Source of the DNA: the human T2T-CHM13v2.0 reference genome, Homo sapiens
Assembly: GCF_009914755.1 (NCBI RefSeq)
Contig: NC_060926.1
Reading direction: 5' to 3' (one strand)
DNA length: 64,000 nucleotides
Shown: positions 1 through 14,761 of the stretch, in pieces
Numbering within the stretch: position 1 is the stretch's first letter
How the letters are laid out: each line of letters begins with the position of its first letter
The notes under the pieces: generated by a model
Told to the model about the DNA's origin: nothing
What the model saw: only the letters and a program-made list of their open reading frames with translations
Databases searched by the model: none
Position numbers and translations under genes: made by a program

Positions 1-299
1 TTTCTCATTATTTCTTTATAGTTAAAAGAAAAGCACACCTATGCTTGTTAATGTTTGGTCTTTACAAGGCATATGTGCTTCTGTGCTCAATAGCATGCCC
101 AGATTTGCATTGAGGATGAGTTTTCTGGACCTTTTCTAGTAACGTATGTAGTTATTATTGACTTTGTGATGGTCAGAAAAACAAAAACAAAAATACTTTA
201 ATCTAAAATAATTATCATCTCAAAATTATATTAACAAGTTTAATTAATGAACAGAGGCATAGCCACCATTGTGCATTACATATAATTTTATGGATAATA

Positions 300-435
300 A
301 ATGGATAGAGTATTTCTCTGCGTCACCTCCATGATGAGGACTATCTGAAATCTGCCTTATTCACTGTTGCCAAGACCTGAATCTTAAGAAACATTCATAT
401 ATTTGTTGAATGTGAAAACAATGAACAAATGAAAG
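300..435 (+). mobile_element. L2 LINE 3' end fragment
   Basis: 'tctgccttattcactgttgcc...atatttgttgaatgtg...atgaacaaatgaa' resembles the L2 3' terminus with a (TGAA)n-like tail. Confidence 0.45.
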
Positions 436-689
436 TTTGGAATGGTTTTAGTGGCAAATTATTTCCCTTTCTTGCAGATAGAACTTGGACAGGCAGCTGC
501 TTAAGGGTCAGGCGTTACATGTGGTTCACTTTTCTGACAATCTACTAAACAAGTTTTTCTTCTCTTCTTATCAATGCATCCTGTGCCAGTACAAACCTAT
601 TTCTTGGGTCCTTGGGCATAATGTACTACAGTTGACACTCATCAGTTAAGCAAAAATATTAATATTATATACTGGGTAGAATGCTCAAA

Positions 690-860
690 TATTAGTGTTA
701 TGCATACGTTAAATATTATAAACTCAGTATTATAATCTCCATTTCACACATGATCATACTGCGACTCAGAAATATTAAGTGACCTGCTAAGGTCATGTGT
801 AAAGTTATAATATGCAGAAATTGTGTTTATCTCATTCAAAGTTTATGCTCTTTTCACAAG
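690..860 (-). mobile_element. MIR SINE fragment
   Basis: 'attataatctccatttcacacatgatcatactgcgactcagaaatattaagtgacctgctaaggtcat' matches the reverse MIR core (cccattttacagatgaggaaactgaggctcagagaggttaagtgacttgcccaaggtcac). Confidence 0.6.
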
Positions 861-1297
861 GTCACTTTGTTTTCACTAGGAAAAAGCAAGTCTTCGATTG
901 GGGTGCTGGAAGCTTTGAAAAGTTACTGTTAAATTGAAGCAACTAAAACATCTAGAGATTGATGGATCTTCCCACCTGATCCTCACCTTGTTAATGAAAG
1001 CACAGAATTTGGAAAGTCTAAACAAGGTTATTGGAAAAATACAATACACACATATCTAATTTTGGAAAGTAAACTTTATAACTCTTTTGTAGTCAGGCAT
1101 CGTCAATGTGTTTATAGCCTCAGCAGCCTCAACAGCTACAATAATTTTAAGTATTATTTTTATCCTGCAGAAAAGTCAATTCATTTTCAACAATGTTTCA
1201 GTGAAATTAAGTGGCAGATTACTTTTTAATTAATCAGAGTTTTTTGTTAATGTTTCTGTTTTATAATGTTGAATACATTTCTAAGGGAGCCACTGTG

Positions 1298-1330
1298 TCA
1301 CACATACACACACACACACACACACAGAGA
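1298..1330. repeat. (CA)n microsatellite ending in (GA)n
   Basis: cacacatacacacacacacacacacacagagaga seen directly. Confidence 0.9.
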
Positions 1331-2409
1331 GAATAAGAAAGAAATAGAATGGTTCCACTCTGATATTCTGGAGCTCTAGTTTCTTGCTGAGCTTGGAAGT
1401 ATTACTTTTCAACATCTTAACGTTCTTTTGGTTTCTGCAAAGATCTATATTCTTTATTTGTTAAGTGCCTAAGAACATTTGTTTATTTAAAGGGAGTCTT
1501 AAAGGATTAGATATGAAATGTTTGCCTGGTTTAGAGAAACATGGATCTTTTCAAATAAGTAGATATGCCACCAGCAAAAAACATATTGAAAAATAAAATG
1601 TTCACTGTGTCCAGTATTTTTTTAGTAACTCTATATTTATTTATAGAATTTGACTTTCTAATCATTGTCAGTGTACCTGTTTTATGGCAGGCAAGGGCAC
1701 CCAGAGGGAGAATTCATTTTAATCAAATTTAACATTTCAGGAATAGCCATGTAAACAAAACAGCCAGCCCGTTACATTGTAGACATTGGGTAAACAGATG
1801 ATTACACTGCTAAGCTGTTTTACCTTGAAACTAACTCTCAGTGGTTGAAATGTTGATTTATTTCCTACAAACTGCATTGTTTTTCACTGTAGAATAATTC
1901 TCAAGAATCTAGAAACTTTGGAATAAAATCTGAATACTTTAAAAAATTATTTTTACATTATTGATTGACCTATACCATTTGTCCAACAATGGACTTTACA
2001 ATAAAATTTCAAGTAAGACCTAAACATATCAATGCAAATAAAAATAAAATGGTATTAAAATAAAGAGGGTAAAGACAATAAATATACATATTCACATACA
2101 TACACGTGGGTTTATGAGATCAAAAAAGAAACCCAGTGGGTTATACTGGTCTATAGTAAAGTATAGATTGGTTTGATCAGGAACCTGCAAATGAAATCCC
2201 CCTCAATCTTTTCTACTTCAACCTCATTTTGAAATAATTGGCACCAGACACCTATCTTATGGACATACTTACAATTCCTTAATTTAATTTTTTTTTGCTT
2301 GTTTGCTCATATAGGTCCTGCTTCTATATCTTTCGGCTTGTCCTGAAACTTCACATCACCTAGTTATAAATAGCCAAAATTCCTCTATGATTTTCTGTTT
2401 CACCTAGGG

Positions 2410-2650
2410 TAATAAATATAGGCATGTATAAACAAGATATGAGACATATGGAATTAAGAGCAGAAAAAAAGGGCAATCTTTTCAGTAAATGGTGTTGGAA
2501 TCATTAGGTATAATATAAAACAAATAAAAATTGATTCCTACCCCATATCATTCCCCAAATCAATTTTAGGTAGACTGTAGGTCTAAATTTAAAAAGCAAA
2601 ACAACAAAATTCTTTTAAACAAGACCACAAAAAGCATGAATCATAGGAAA
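2410..2650 (+). mobile_element. Old L1M(E) ORF2 3' fragment
   Basis: 'aatcttttcagtaaatggtgttggaatc...ccccatatcattccccaaatcaattttaggtagactgtag' resembles the L1 ORF2 LFNKWCWENW...[10 protein letters not shown] region. Confidence 0.55.
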
Positions 2651-3164
2651 AAGCAGACAGCCTTCAATGAATGAATGGATGAAGATAGTCAATTTTGAAT
2701 GGATTGACTATCATGAAGGGCAAAACATGATAACACTTAAATGTTAATTAATTTAGTTATGTGTTTCCAGTACCAGATATAAAGCTGAGACTGTGACTTT
2801 TGTGTTAGATGTTGTTGCTGTGGTTACATCTCCAATAAGCTTTCCTGAAAGGGCAAAGGGAAGAAACTTACTGAATGCCTGAGAGGGCAGTTATATAAGA
2901 GAGTTGTATATTGGAAGTGAGGCCATAAGCAGGGGGAGGCAGCCAAATCACTAAACATGGGAAAAAAGGACCCAAATCTTACTTACTACCTATGTTCTGC
3001 TCTGCTGCATTCTACTCTGCTGCCCCTCCAACTGGTTAAACCCAACCAGAAGTTAAACAGCATGGGAGCTTTTGCTGTATTCCATAGAAATCAGTTTCTC
3101 AAGACAAAGAGCAGCATGATCAAAGATAGAGAGTGGATCTAGAACAATACAGGAGTGTAAAGTG

Positions 3165-3830
3165 ACAAGAATAGCCAATACATTCATGAAGAAGATTGAG
3201 GAGGAAGAATTTGTTCTATCAAATATAAATATTTCTCATAAGGCTACACTAATTAAGGCAAAATGGCATTGGCACAAGTTAGACAACTAGGCCAATGAAA
3301 CAGAATAAAGAGACTAGAAACAGACCTATACCTAAGTAGACACATAACGATGTAGATGCCTTTGCAGAACAGTAAAAATAGCAATCAAAGGAGAGACAGA
3401 GAAAAGAAAGGAAAAGAAAAAAGATACTGAGGCAACCAGATTTGTATGGGCGAAATATGAAACTTAGACTGACCTCACATATTCCCCAAATTTAATTTGA
3501 GGTGGATTGTAGAACCACCTATAAAAGGCAAAACAATAACAATTTCTAAAATAGGATACAAAAAGTATGGATCATAACTTATGAGAATCTAGATATTACT
3601 TTTACATCAAATTTAAGAAATCCTGTCTATTCAAAAAGACCGTGATGTGAAGTTCAATACATACGTCAGAAAGACTATAAAGACAAAGTTTATATACAAA
3701 ATGTATAAAGCATGTCTATACATCAAGAAAAAAATATAATGAAATACGGTCAATATACTTAAAAAGGTATTTTACAAAAGTGGATATTGAAGTTTACAAG
3801 TAATGTATGAAAAAAGTACTTAATTAGGAG
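3165..3830 (+). mobile_element. Old L1M(E) ORF2 3' fragment
   Basis: 'aaggctacactaattaaggcaaaatggcattggcacaag...ggccaatgaaacagaataaagagactagaaacagacc' resembles the YKATVIKTVWYW..DQWNRIE region. Confidence 0.6.
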
Positions 3831-3879
3831 CAAGGACAATTCATCCATATGAACAGAAGGGAATATAGATTTTATAGTT

Positions 3880-5060
3880 CCAGATTCATATTGGTGTCTA
3901 TATGTAGGGAAGAGGTATCATGGTTACCTTCTTATTGCTTCTATTTTCTCACTGAAATAAGGAATAAGGTCAATGACTAATAGTGAAGATACTGAGAGGA
4001 GGTTCTGGGGGACTGAAAAGAAAGCAATAATTAAATAATCATCTGAAAGGCTGGAAACTATAGGAGATCAGGACAATGGAGTCAGAATGAAGAGACCACT
4101 TGAGGGTAGTTAGCGTGAGCTTAAGATAAAATCATTTAGAATCACCATGAGTTTTTCTTCAGATCCATTCAGATGATCATGTGGAACACTAAGATTTGAA
4201 CTAGATTTAACCAGAATTGAAATTCTGTGACTGGAAGAAGACTAGACAGGAGCTAACATTGTAGGAAAGAGACTGTGATAGCTGACCATAAGATTTAAAC
4301 TATTAAGAAGGGAAGTGGGGGAGATGAAGTGGGGCTAGGTTGTGAAGAACAGTGAAACCACCAAGAATCTGCACAGTGTTAGTTGGAGAAAGTCCCAGCC
4401 ATCCAGGAGTTAGAATCTTCGTGAACCTCGATATTTAAATAAATGTGGAGTACTGACTGGCAGAGTCTCCTGTCAATTCAAAACTGAGTGTTTTTTTTTG
4501 TTTGTTTGTTTGGTTTTGTTTTGTTTTTTAGAAGAAAAGGGGGTAGACTGATTTAGATTCAGTGTGAATATTAAGAAGGGCACCTGCTCTTTCACTAGGC
4601 CAGTGGTAGAAGAAGTAAGAGAGAGAGAACGGTGAAGTTTTGCGAGGGCTAAAGGAGATGTGGTGTCTTCAAGAGAAGGAAGTATGAAGGAGAGCAAGAA
4701 GATGAAGGAATATTTAAAGAAGTGAATGAAGAAATACAAATGCACTGTTTCTACTCTCTGGAAAGAACTCTATCACAAAAGGCTAAGTGAGAGTGACTTA
4801 GGGAAGTTAACAGTGAGATGACAGGTGGTGGTCAGATTCAGGATAGATTTTTAAGGCAAAGCCAAAAGGATTTTCTCGCACATTGAAAGTGGCCTATGAA
4901 TAAAAGAGAATAATCACAGATGACTCTGTATACTTGAGCCAGAGATCTGAATTATTATTGTCTTTAACTGAGATAGGGCAGGCTGGGGGAAGGAGAGTAT
5001 ATCGAGAGAAATAGCAGTTGAAATTTGAGTATATTAATTTTTAGGTTCCTATTAAACAAA
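3880..5060 (-). mobile_element. L2 LINE fragments
   Basis: Purine-rich; 'ggtcagattcaggatagatttttaaggcaaagccaaaaggattttc...gaataatcacagatgactc' is typical reverse-strand L2 ORF2. Contains a (TTTG)n run at ~4491-4530. Confidence 0.5.
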
Positions 5061-5139
5061 GGGCTGGTGAGATGAAAAATAGATGGACAAGGTCAAAAAA
5101 GCAGTTGATAGGATCAGCATATACCCAGAGTGTATTTTT

Positions 5140-6250
5140 ACCTTACTTTTAATGTGAAATATACTTACCAAAAAGTACATAAAATATATATGTAAATTTA
5201 AACAGATATCCATAAAGCAAACACCAATCTACATCTGGATAAAGAAACAGAACATTGCCAGAACCCTGGAATCTCCTCACCCAATATGCCTTTCTCTAAT
5301 CATAAACCTCTCCCTCAAATCCAACCGAGGAAATTACAATCCTGAAATAAAATGTGGTACTAAGTTTTTTGTTTGCTTCATGTTTGTATCTGTAAATGCA
5401 TTCCTAAACAATACAAGTTCGTTTTGCTTGCTTTTGAGATGTACTTAAACGGAATCACTATGTGTAGGCAATTTCAACTTGCTCCTTTTGCTCAACATTA
5501 GTTTGTGGACCTTACCCATGCTGTTGTGTATTGCTTTAGTTCATTATTTTCCTCTATGTGCTATTTCACAATTTATTATATATATACTCATTGTGGATAG
5601 ACATTTGGCAGATGATATATATGACTTTTTATGTTGATTTTACAAGCAATGTTTCCAAAAACATTATTTTATGAGTATTTTGCTGACCATATATTTAGTT
5701 ATTATGAGGCTTAAAATTTGGAATTACTGAGTCACAATGTTGCGGGACTTTTCCTTAGTTCAGCTAAAGGCAGGGTCCTTGTCACAGGGCCACCAAAATG
5801 TAAGCTCGCAGATGATTTGAAGGGTGATCTAGGGCAGGGTTTTATTGGGTGAGAAAGAAGAAAAGGGGAAACAGAGACTCTTAGAGAAGCAAGAAAGTGT
5901 GCTTCCTGCGCATGGGCTTCCGGCCTCACAGATTGAATTCCAGATTCCACCCAGGAAGAGAAGAGGCCAGGTTCCTCCAGGCTGAGAACAGAGTGAACTT
6001 CTGTGGCTCCACCCCAGTGTGCACTCCTGTCAATGCACAGGTCATTTGGAGGCTCTGCCAGGGACCCCTTCCCACCTGACTGTCTCAGTAAGTCAAGAGA
6101 TTATCTTCAAGATCACTAAGCAATCAAATTTCATTCTCTGTTTTTTTTTTACTAGCTTGCACTCCCAATAGTGTACGAGAATTTCCTTTGCTATGAAAAT
6201 TTAATTATTGCAAATTTGGTGTATCTTATTGTGGTTTTATTTTACTTCCT
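5140..6250 (-). mobile_element. L1ME 3' end, interrupted by an LTR at 5738-6087
   Basis: 'aagaaacagaacattgccagaaccctgga', 'tgctccttttgctcaacattagtttgtg...cccatgctgttg', 'tatcttattgtggttttattttac' are L1ME 3' UTR motifs in reverse. Confidence 0.6.
5738..6087 (-). mobile_element. ERV1 solo LTR, MER61-like
   Basis: TG...CA termini; reverse complement starts TGAGACAGTCAGGTGGGAAGGGGTCCC and ends TTTAGCTGAACTAAGGAAAAGTCCCGCAACA, with an internal AATAAA; ~350 bp. Confidence 0.7.
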
Positions 6251-6990
6251 TTGGGACAGATATTCTTTGAAGCTAATGAAGTTTGAGTTTCCATGCTCAA
6301 TGGAAATGCTTCATGTTGATGACCATCACTGTTATGTATGGATTAGGTGATTGCTAGCAGTCTATGTGTAAGAAATGACTTTCAGGAATATTTTGTACTG
6401 ATTTACCTACCCCATGCCACATCATGTAGACGCTGGGTCATCATGAGGACACTGGGTCAAAGGTTTTACCACATGCATGTACTAAACAGCTGACAGTAGG
6501 AGTTACATGTGTTTTAAAGGGTATAAAGAATAATTTCAGAAAAATAAGTTAACTGAAGATTAAAAACAGAAATAATAGAATGTTGAATATAAACAAAACA
6601 ATAAAATAATGAATATGGGTGTTCAAATCAATATGTATATATTTTTCTGATATCAAAAAGCACATTGTAACACCAATTTTTGTACAGATTATACCAAAAG
6701 TGATGATTCATTAAGAGATAGCTTTGAGACCATCTTTAATTTAACCAGTACATTCAAATAAATAAAAGAGTTGAATTCTCAGTAGAAGTAATAAATAAGT
6801 CTTTTGGTTACTTGATTGAATAATTAATAAAAATATTGAATCACATAAACATTGAGAAAAAATAACTACCTTGCTAATTTGACTTGGAATATTGACATTA
6901 GAAAATATTTTATAGTACGCTACCCTGAGGGCATCAATTAGCAACTGGTAGAAGAAAATGTTCCTTAGCAAGTGCATTTAAGATCTCGTT

Positions 6991-8001
6991 CTAGATCCCT
7001 GAGGAATCGCCACACTGTCTTCCACAATGGTTGAACTAGTTTACAGTCCCACCAACAGTGTAAAAGTGTTCCTATTTCTCCACATCCTCTCCAGCACCTG
7101 TCGTTTCCTGACTTTTTATTTTTTTATTTTTTATTTTTTTATTATACTTTAAGTTTTAGGGTACATGTGCACATTGTGCAGGTTAGTTACATATGTATAC
7201 ATGTGCCATGCTGGTGCGCTGCACCCACTAACTCGTCATCTAGCATTAGGTATATCTCCTGATGCTATCCCTCCCCCCTCCCCCCACCCCACCACAGTCC
7301 CCAGAGTGTGATATTCCCCTTCCTGTGTCCATGTGATCTCATTGTTCAATTCCCACCTATGAGTGAGAATATGCAGTGTTTGGTTTTTTGTTCTTGCGAT
7401 AGTTTACTGAGAATGATGTTTCCAATTTAGGGATCTAGAACTAGAAATACCATTTGACCCAGCCATCCCATTACTGGGTATATACCCAAAGGATTATAGA
7501 TCATGCTGCTATAAAGACACATGCACACGTATGTTTATTGTGGCACTATTCACAATAGCAAAGACTTGGAACCAACCCAAATGTCCAACAATGATAGACT
7601 GGATTAAGAAAATGTGGCACACATACACCATGGAATACTATGCAGCCATAAAAAATGGTGAGTTCATGTCCTTTGTAGGGACATAGATGAAGCTAGAAAC
7701 CGTCATTCTCAGCAAACTATCGCAAGGACAAAAAACCAAACACCGCATGTTCTCACTCATAGGTGGGAATTGAACAATGAGAACACTTGGACACAGGAAG
7801 GGGAACATCACACACCGGGGCCTGTTGTGGGGTTGGGGGAGTGGGGAGGGATAGCATTAGGAGATATACCTAACGTAAAGGACGAGTTAATGGGTGCAGC
7901 ACACCAACATGGCACATGTATGCATATGTAACAAACCTGCACATTGTGCACATGTACCCTAAAACTTAAAGTATAATAAAAAAATATATATATTAAAAAA
8001 A
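6991..8001 (+). mobile_element. 5'-inverted (twin-primed) L1PA4-like insertion with 11-bp TSD, containing a nested L1PA2
   Basis: TSD AAGATCTCGTT at 6980-6990 and 8002-8012; inverted piece 6991-~7117; sense 3' end 7429-7975 followed by an A-rich tail. Confidence 0.9.
7113..7428 (-). mobile_element. 5'-truncated young L1 3' end (L1PA2-like)
   Basis: Poly(T) tail at left; reverse complement reads 'gagatcacatggacacaggaaggggaatatcacactctggggactgtggtgggg...gctagatgacGAGttagtgggtgcagcgcaccagc' (GAG rather than the L1HS-Ta ACA). Confidence 0.85.
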
Positions 8002-8299
8002 AAGATCTCGTTAAGCCTTATAGCTGATGTATCAAACAAACTTAATAGAGATCTCTCAATTGGGACATAATATTATCAATAACAATTATGAAACTGAAAG
8101 AAACGTTTTCAAATTATCAACTAAAATGCTTATCAATAATGCCACAGAAAACATAGAATCATCTTTATAACCTACAGAAAAATATTTCAAAATCCATGTC
8201 ATATGAAGAGTCGATCAAAAGCATGTAGCCAAAACATGTAGAAAAAAATAGTATACAATTTGTGTGTCAGGCAGTTGGTTCATAAAAACACACATACAC

Positions 8300-8626
8300 T
8301 GTATTGGTACAAGACTGGGTAATTTATAAAGGAAAGAGGTTTAATTGACTCACAGTTCCACATGGATGGGTAGGCCTCAGGAAACTGACAATCATGGCAG
8401 AAGGGAAAGGTACTTCTTACATGGTGGCATGTGAGAGAGTGAGAAAGGGCATGGAAAATTGCCTTATAAAACCATCAGATCTTGAGAACTGACTCACTGT
8501 CATGAGAACAGCATGGGGGAAACCGCTCCCATGATCCAGTCACCCCCCACCAAGTCCCTCCTTCAACACCTAGAGATTAAAATTCAAAATGAGATTTGAG
8601 TGGTGACAAAAATCTTAAGCATATCA
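8300..8626 (-). mobile_element. THE1 (THE1C/D-like) MaLR solo LTR
   Basis: 'aagactgggtaatttataaaggaaagaggtttaattgactcacagttccacatgg...catgagaacagcatgggggaaaccgctcccatgatcc...catatca'. Confidence 0.85.
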
Positions 8627-8759
8627 TGTATGTATTTTTTCTGGTTTTGAATATAATTTATGACATTTATCATCTTTTTGAAATTGTGCCTAATTTCTTA
8701 TGCAGAAGTTTATTTTTTACAGATTCTATAAAATATAATTCAGTCTCCTAAAATTCTAA

Positions 8760-10165
<1,406 letters not shown>

Positions 10166-10174
10166 ATTTGTTTG

Positions 10175-10917
<743 letters not shown>

Positions 10918-11008
10918 TTAAGTTTTAATCATAGATTTAGCCTTTTCTTGAATATTTCTTTCTGTATGTTTAGTATATCTTCTATTTGGGATTGCATTCC
11001 TTCTTCTT

Positions 11009-11258
11009 CTTCTTTTTTTTTTTAATTGTTATTTGACCCAGCAATCCCATTACTGGGTATGTACCCAAAGGATTATAAATCATGCTGCTATAAAGACACA
11101 TGTACACATATGTTTATTGTGGCACTATTTACAATAGCAAAGACTTGGAACCAACCCAAATGTCCAATAATGATAGACTGGATTAAGAAAATGTGGCACA
11201 TATACACCATGGAATACTATGCAGCCATAAAAAATGATGAGTTCATGTCCTTTGTAGG
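11009..11258 (-). mobile_element. Twin-primed L1PA insertion: poly(T) plus an inverted 230-bp ORF2-end segment
   Basis: 15-bp TSD GCATTCCTTCTTCTT at 10994-11008 and 11259-11273; T-run at left; L1 segment 11031-11258 reads on + as [28 protein letters not shown]... Confidence 0.88.
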
Positions 11259-12929
11259 GCATTCCTTCTTCTTAAAGTGCTTTCTTGAAATTTTCTTTTA
11301 ATAAAGTTATTCTGTTATCAAATTCTTTAGTTTTATTGGCTAGAAATTGTCTTTAACTTGTTATTTCTCAAAAGACTGTTTTCCCTGGGTGTAAAATTCT
11401 ACACTGGAAGTCCCCGTAAGATAATAAAAATATTTTTCTATTATTTTCCAGCTTCTATGAATATTGCTATTCTATCATTACATGAAAGTGAACGTGTCTT
11501 TTTATCTCTGGCTCCTATTAAGATTTTCTTTGTCATTATTGTTCTGCTGTCTCCCCAGTTAGATGTGCCTCATTTTCATCAAGTATTTTCAGTATTGCTT
11601 CTGACCCAATCTCGGTCTCCTCCAATCATTTAATCGCTTCTTCCTCCATGTTTTTTCTCCCATCTTTCTATTGTCCTTCCTGAATTCTGGAAGATTGTTT
11701 TGATTTATCATCACGGATTCTTTCTTAAGTGTTCTTTAGCTACTAGTCAACCCATACATTATGTTTTTAATATTGGCTATTGCAATTTTTAGAGCACATA
11801 TTTGATTCTTCTTTCAAATCTATTTGGTAACATTTTATAGTTTCTTGGTCTTTGCAGAAATATTCAAGCTAATTTCTTAAACTAAATTTACATCCTGTGG
11901 ATTTTTTGTAATTTTTGTTGTTGCTTATTTGTTTTATTTCCTTTAGTTTTAGGCATATGATCAGGTTTTAGCTGTAGCACCTCAGGACAGCCGTGCAATT
12001 CTGAGCCACAATATTTATTCTTCCTGTTCTTTGTGATGTGGTAGATGGAAATTTTAGATCTGGTTTATCGTCACCCTTACATTACAGTTCCTTTGTGCCT
12101 TTAGCCTAATGTGAGAAGGATTTTTTACTGACTAAAAGTGTTTAACTTGTGATTCCTGCTAGCTTTGTGGCCATCAAAAGCAAAATTTCCATATGTTCAG
12201 GGAAATATTTTGAGTATGTAAAAAGGATATTTAATGATTATAGAAAAGTTATCTCTAGAGAAACTGTAAAATGTTGTTCGAAATTTCTGACTATGTAATG
12301 AGAATATTTACTGGTTATATAAAAGTTACCCTTTAAACATTTCTGTTAAATTTACAATTAACAGTGATTTGTTTTGGTGGGGGTGGATGGCTGGCTGTTG
12401 TGGTACACCTTTATCATAATGCTAATATGTAATTTTCTAATTAATGTTCTATATATTCTACAAGTTTGTTTTTTATTTTCTGTTTGCTTAAATTACTTAG
12501 ATTGCTAAACCTTTCCAAATAGTTTGGAGTTTCCCCATTAATACTCCACCAATTACATATACACTAATAATCCAAATAATACATTATTATGCTCATATAA
12601 GAAAGAATAAGATCTGAAAGTTTCCATTTGAAATTACCTTTGTGATATTAAGATGCAAATATAATAAATTCTGTCATAGTATTACTTTTAAAGCAATTTC
12701 TAGTTGTAAGTCATGTCAGGTTATTTGTATAAAACCTTCTAGTAAAAAACAATAAAAATTCTGAATAAAATATATTTTAAAATTTTTTACTTAAAATATT
12801 AAACCATTAAAGATAATCTAAATAATCTGCCCACAGTCCAATGAAAAGCTAGAATGTAGACAGAGTATTCTGAGTAGACACGTTGATTTGCTTATATGAT
12901 GTTTATTGATATGATATATAAAAAATCAA

Positions 12930-14761
<1,832 letters not shown>

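Larger units (their letters stand above)
6255..8750 (+). mobile_element. hAT-Tip100 DNA transposon fossil (Zaphod-like), split by L1PA and THE1 insertions
   Basis: 8090-8250 gives a degraded hAT dimerization-domain translation (ETERNVFKLS...KNISKSMSYEESIK...AKTCRKK); left end 'tgaagctaatgaagtttgagttt' resembles the Zaphod subterminal sequence. Confidence 0.6.

Noticed and set aside
5895-5925. p53 response element in the MER61-like LTR
   Set aside because: Some MER61 subfamilies carry p53 sites, but 'gcgcatgggc' here does not fit RRRCWWGYYY on either strand
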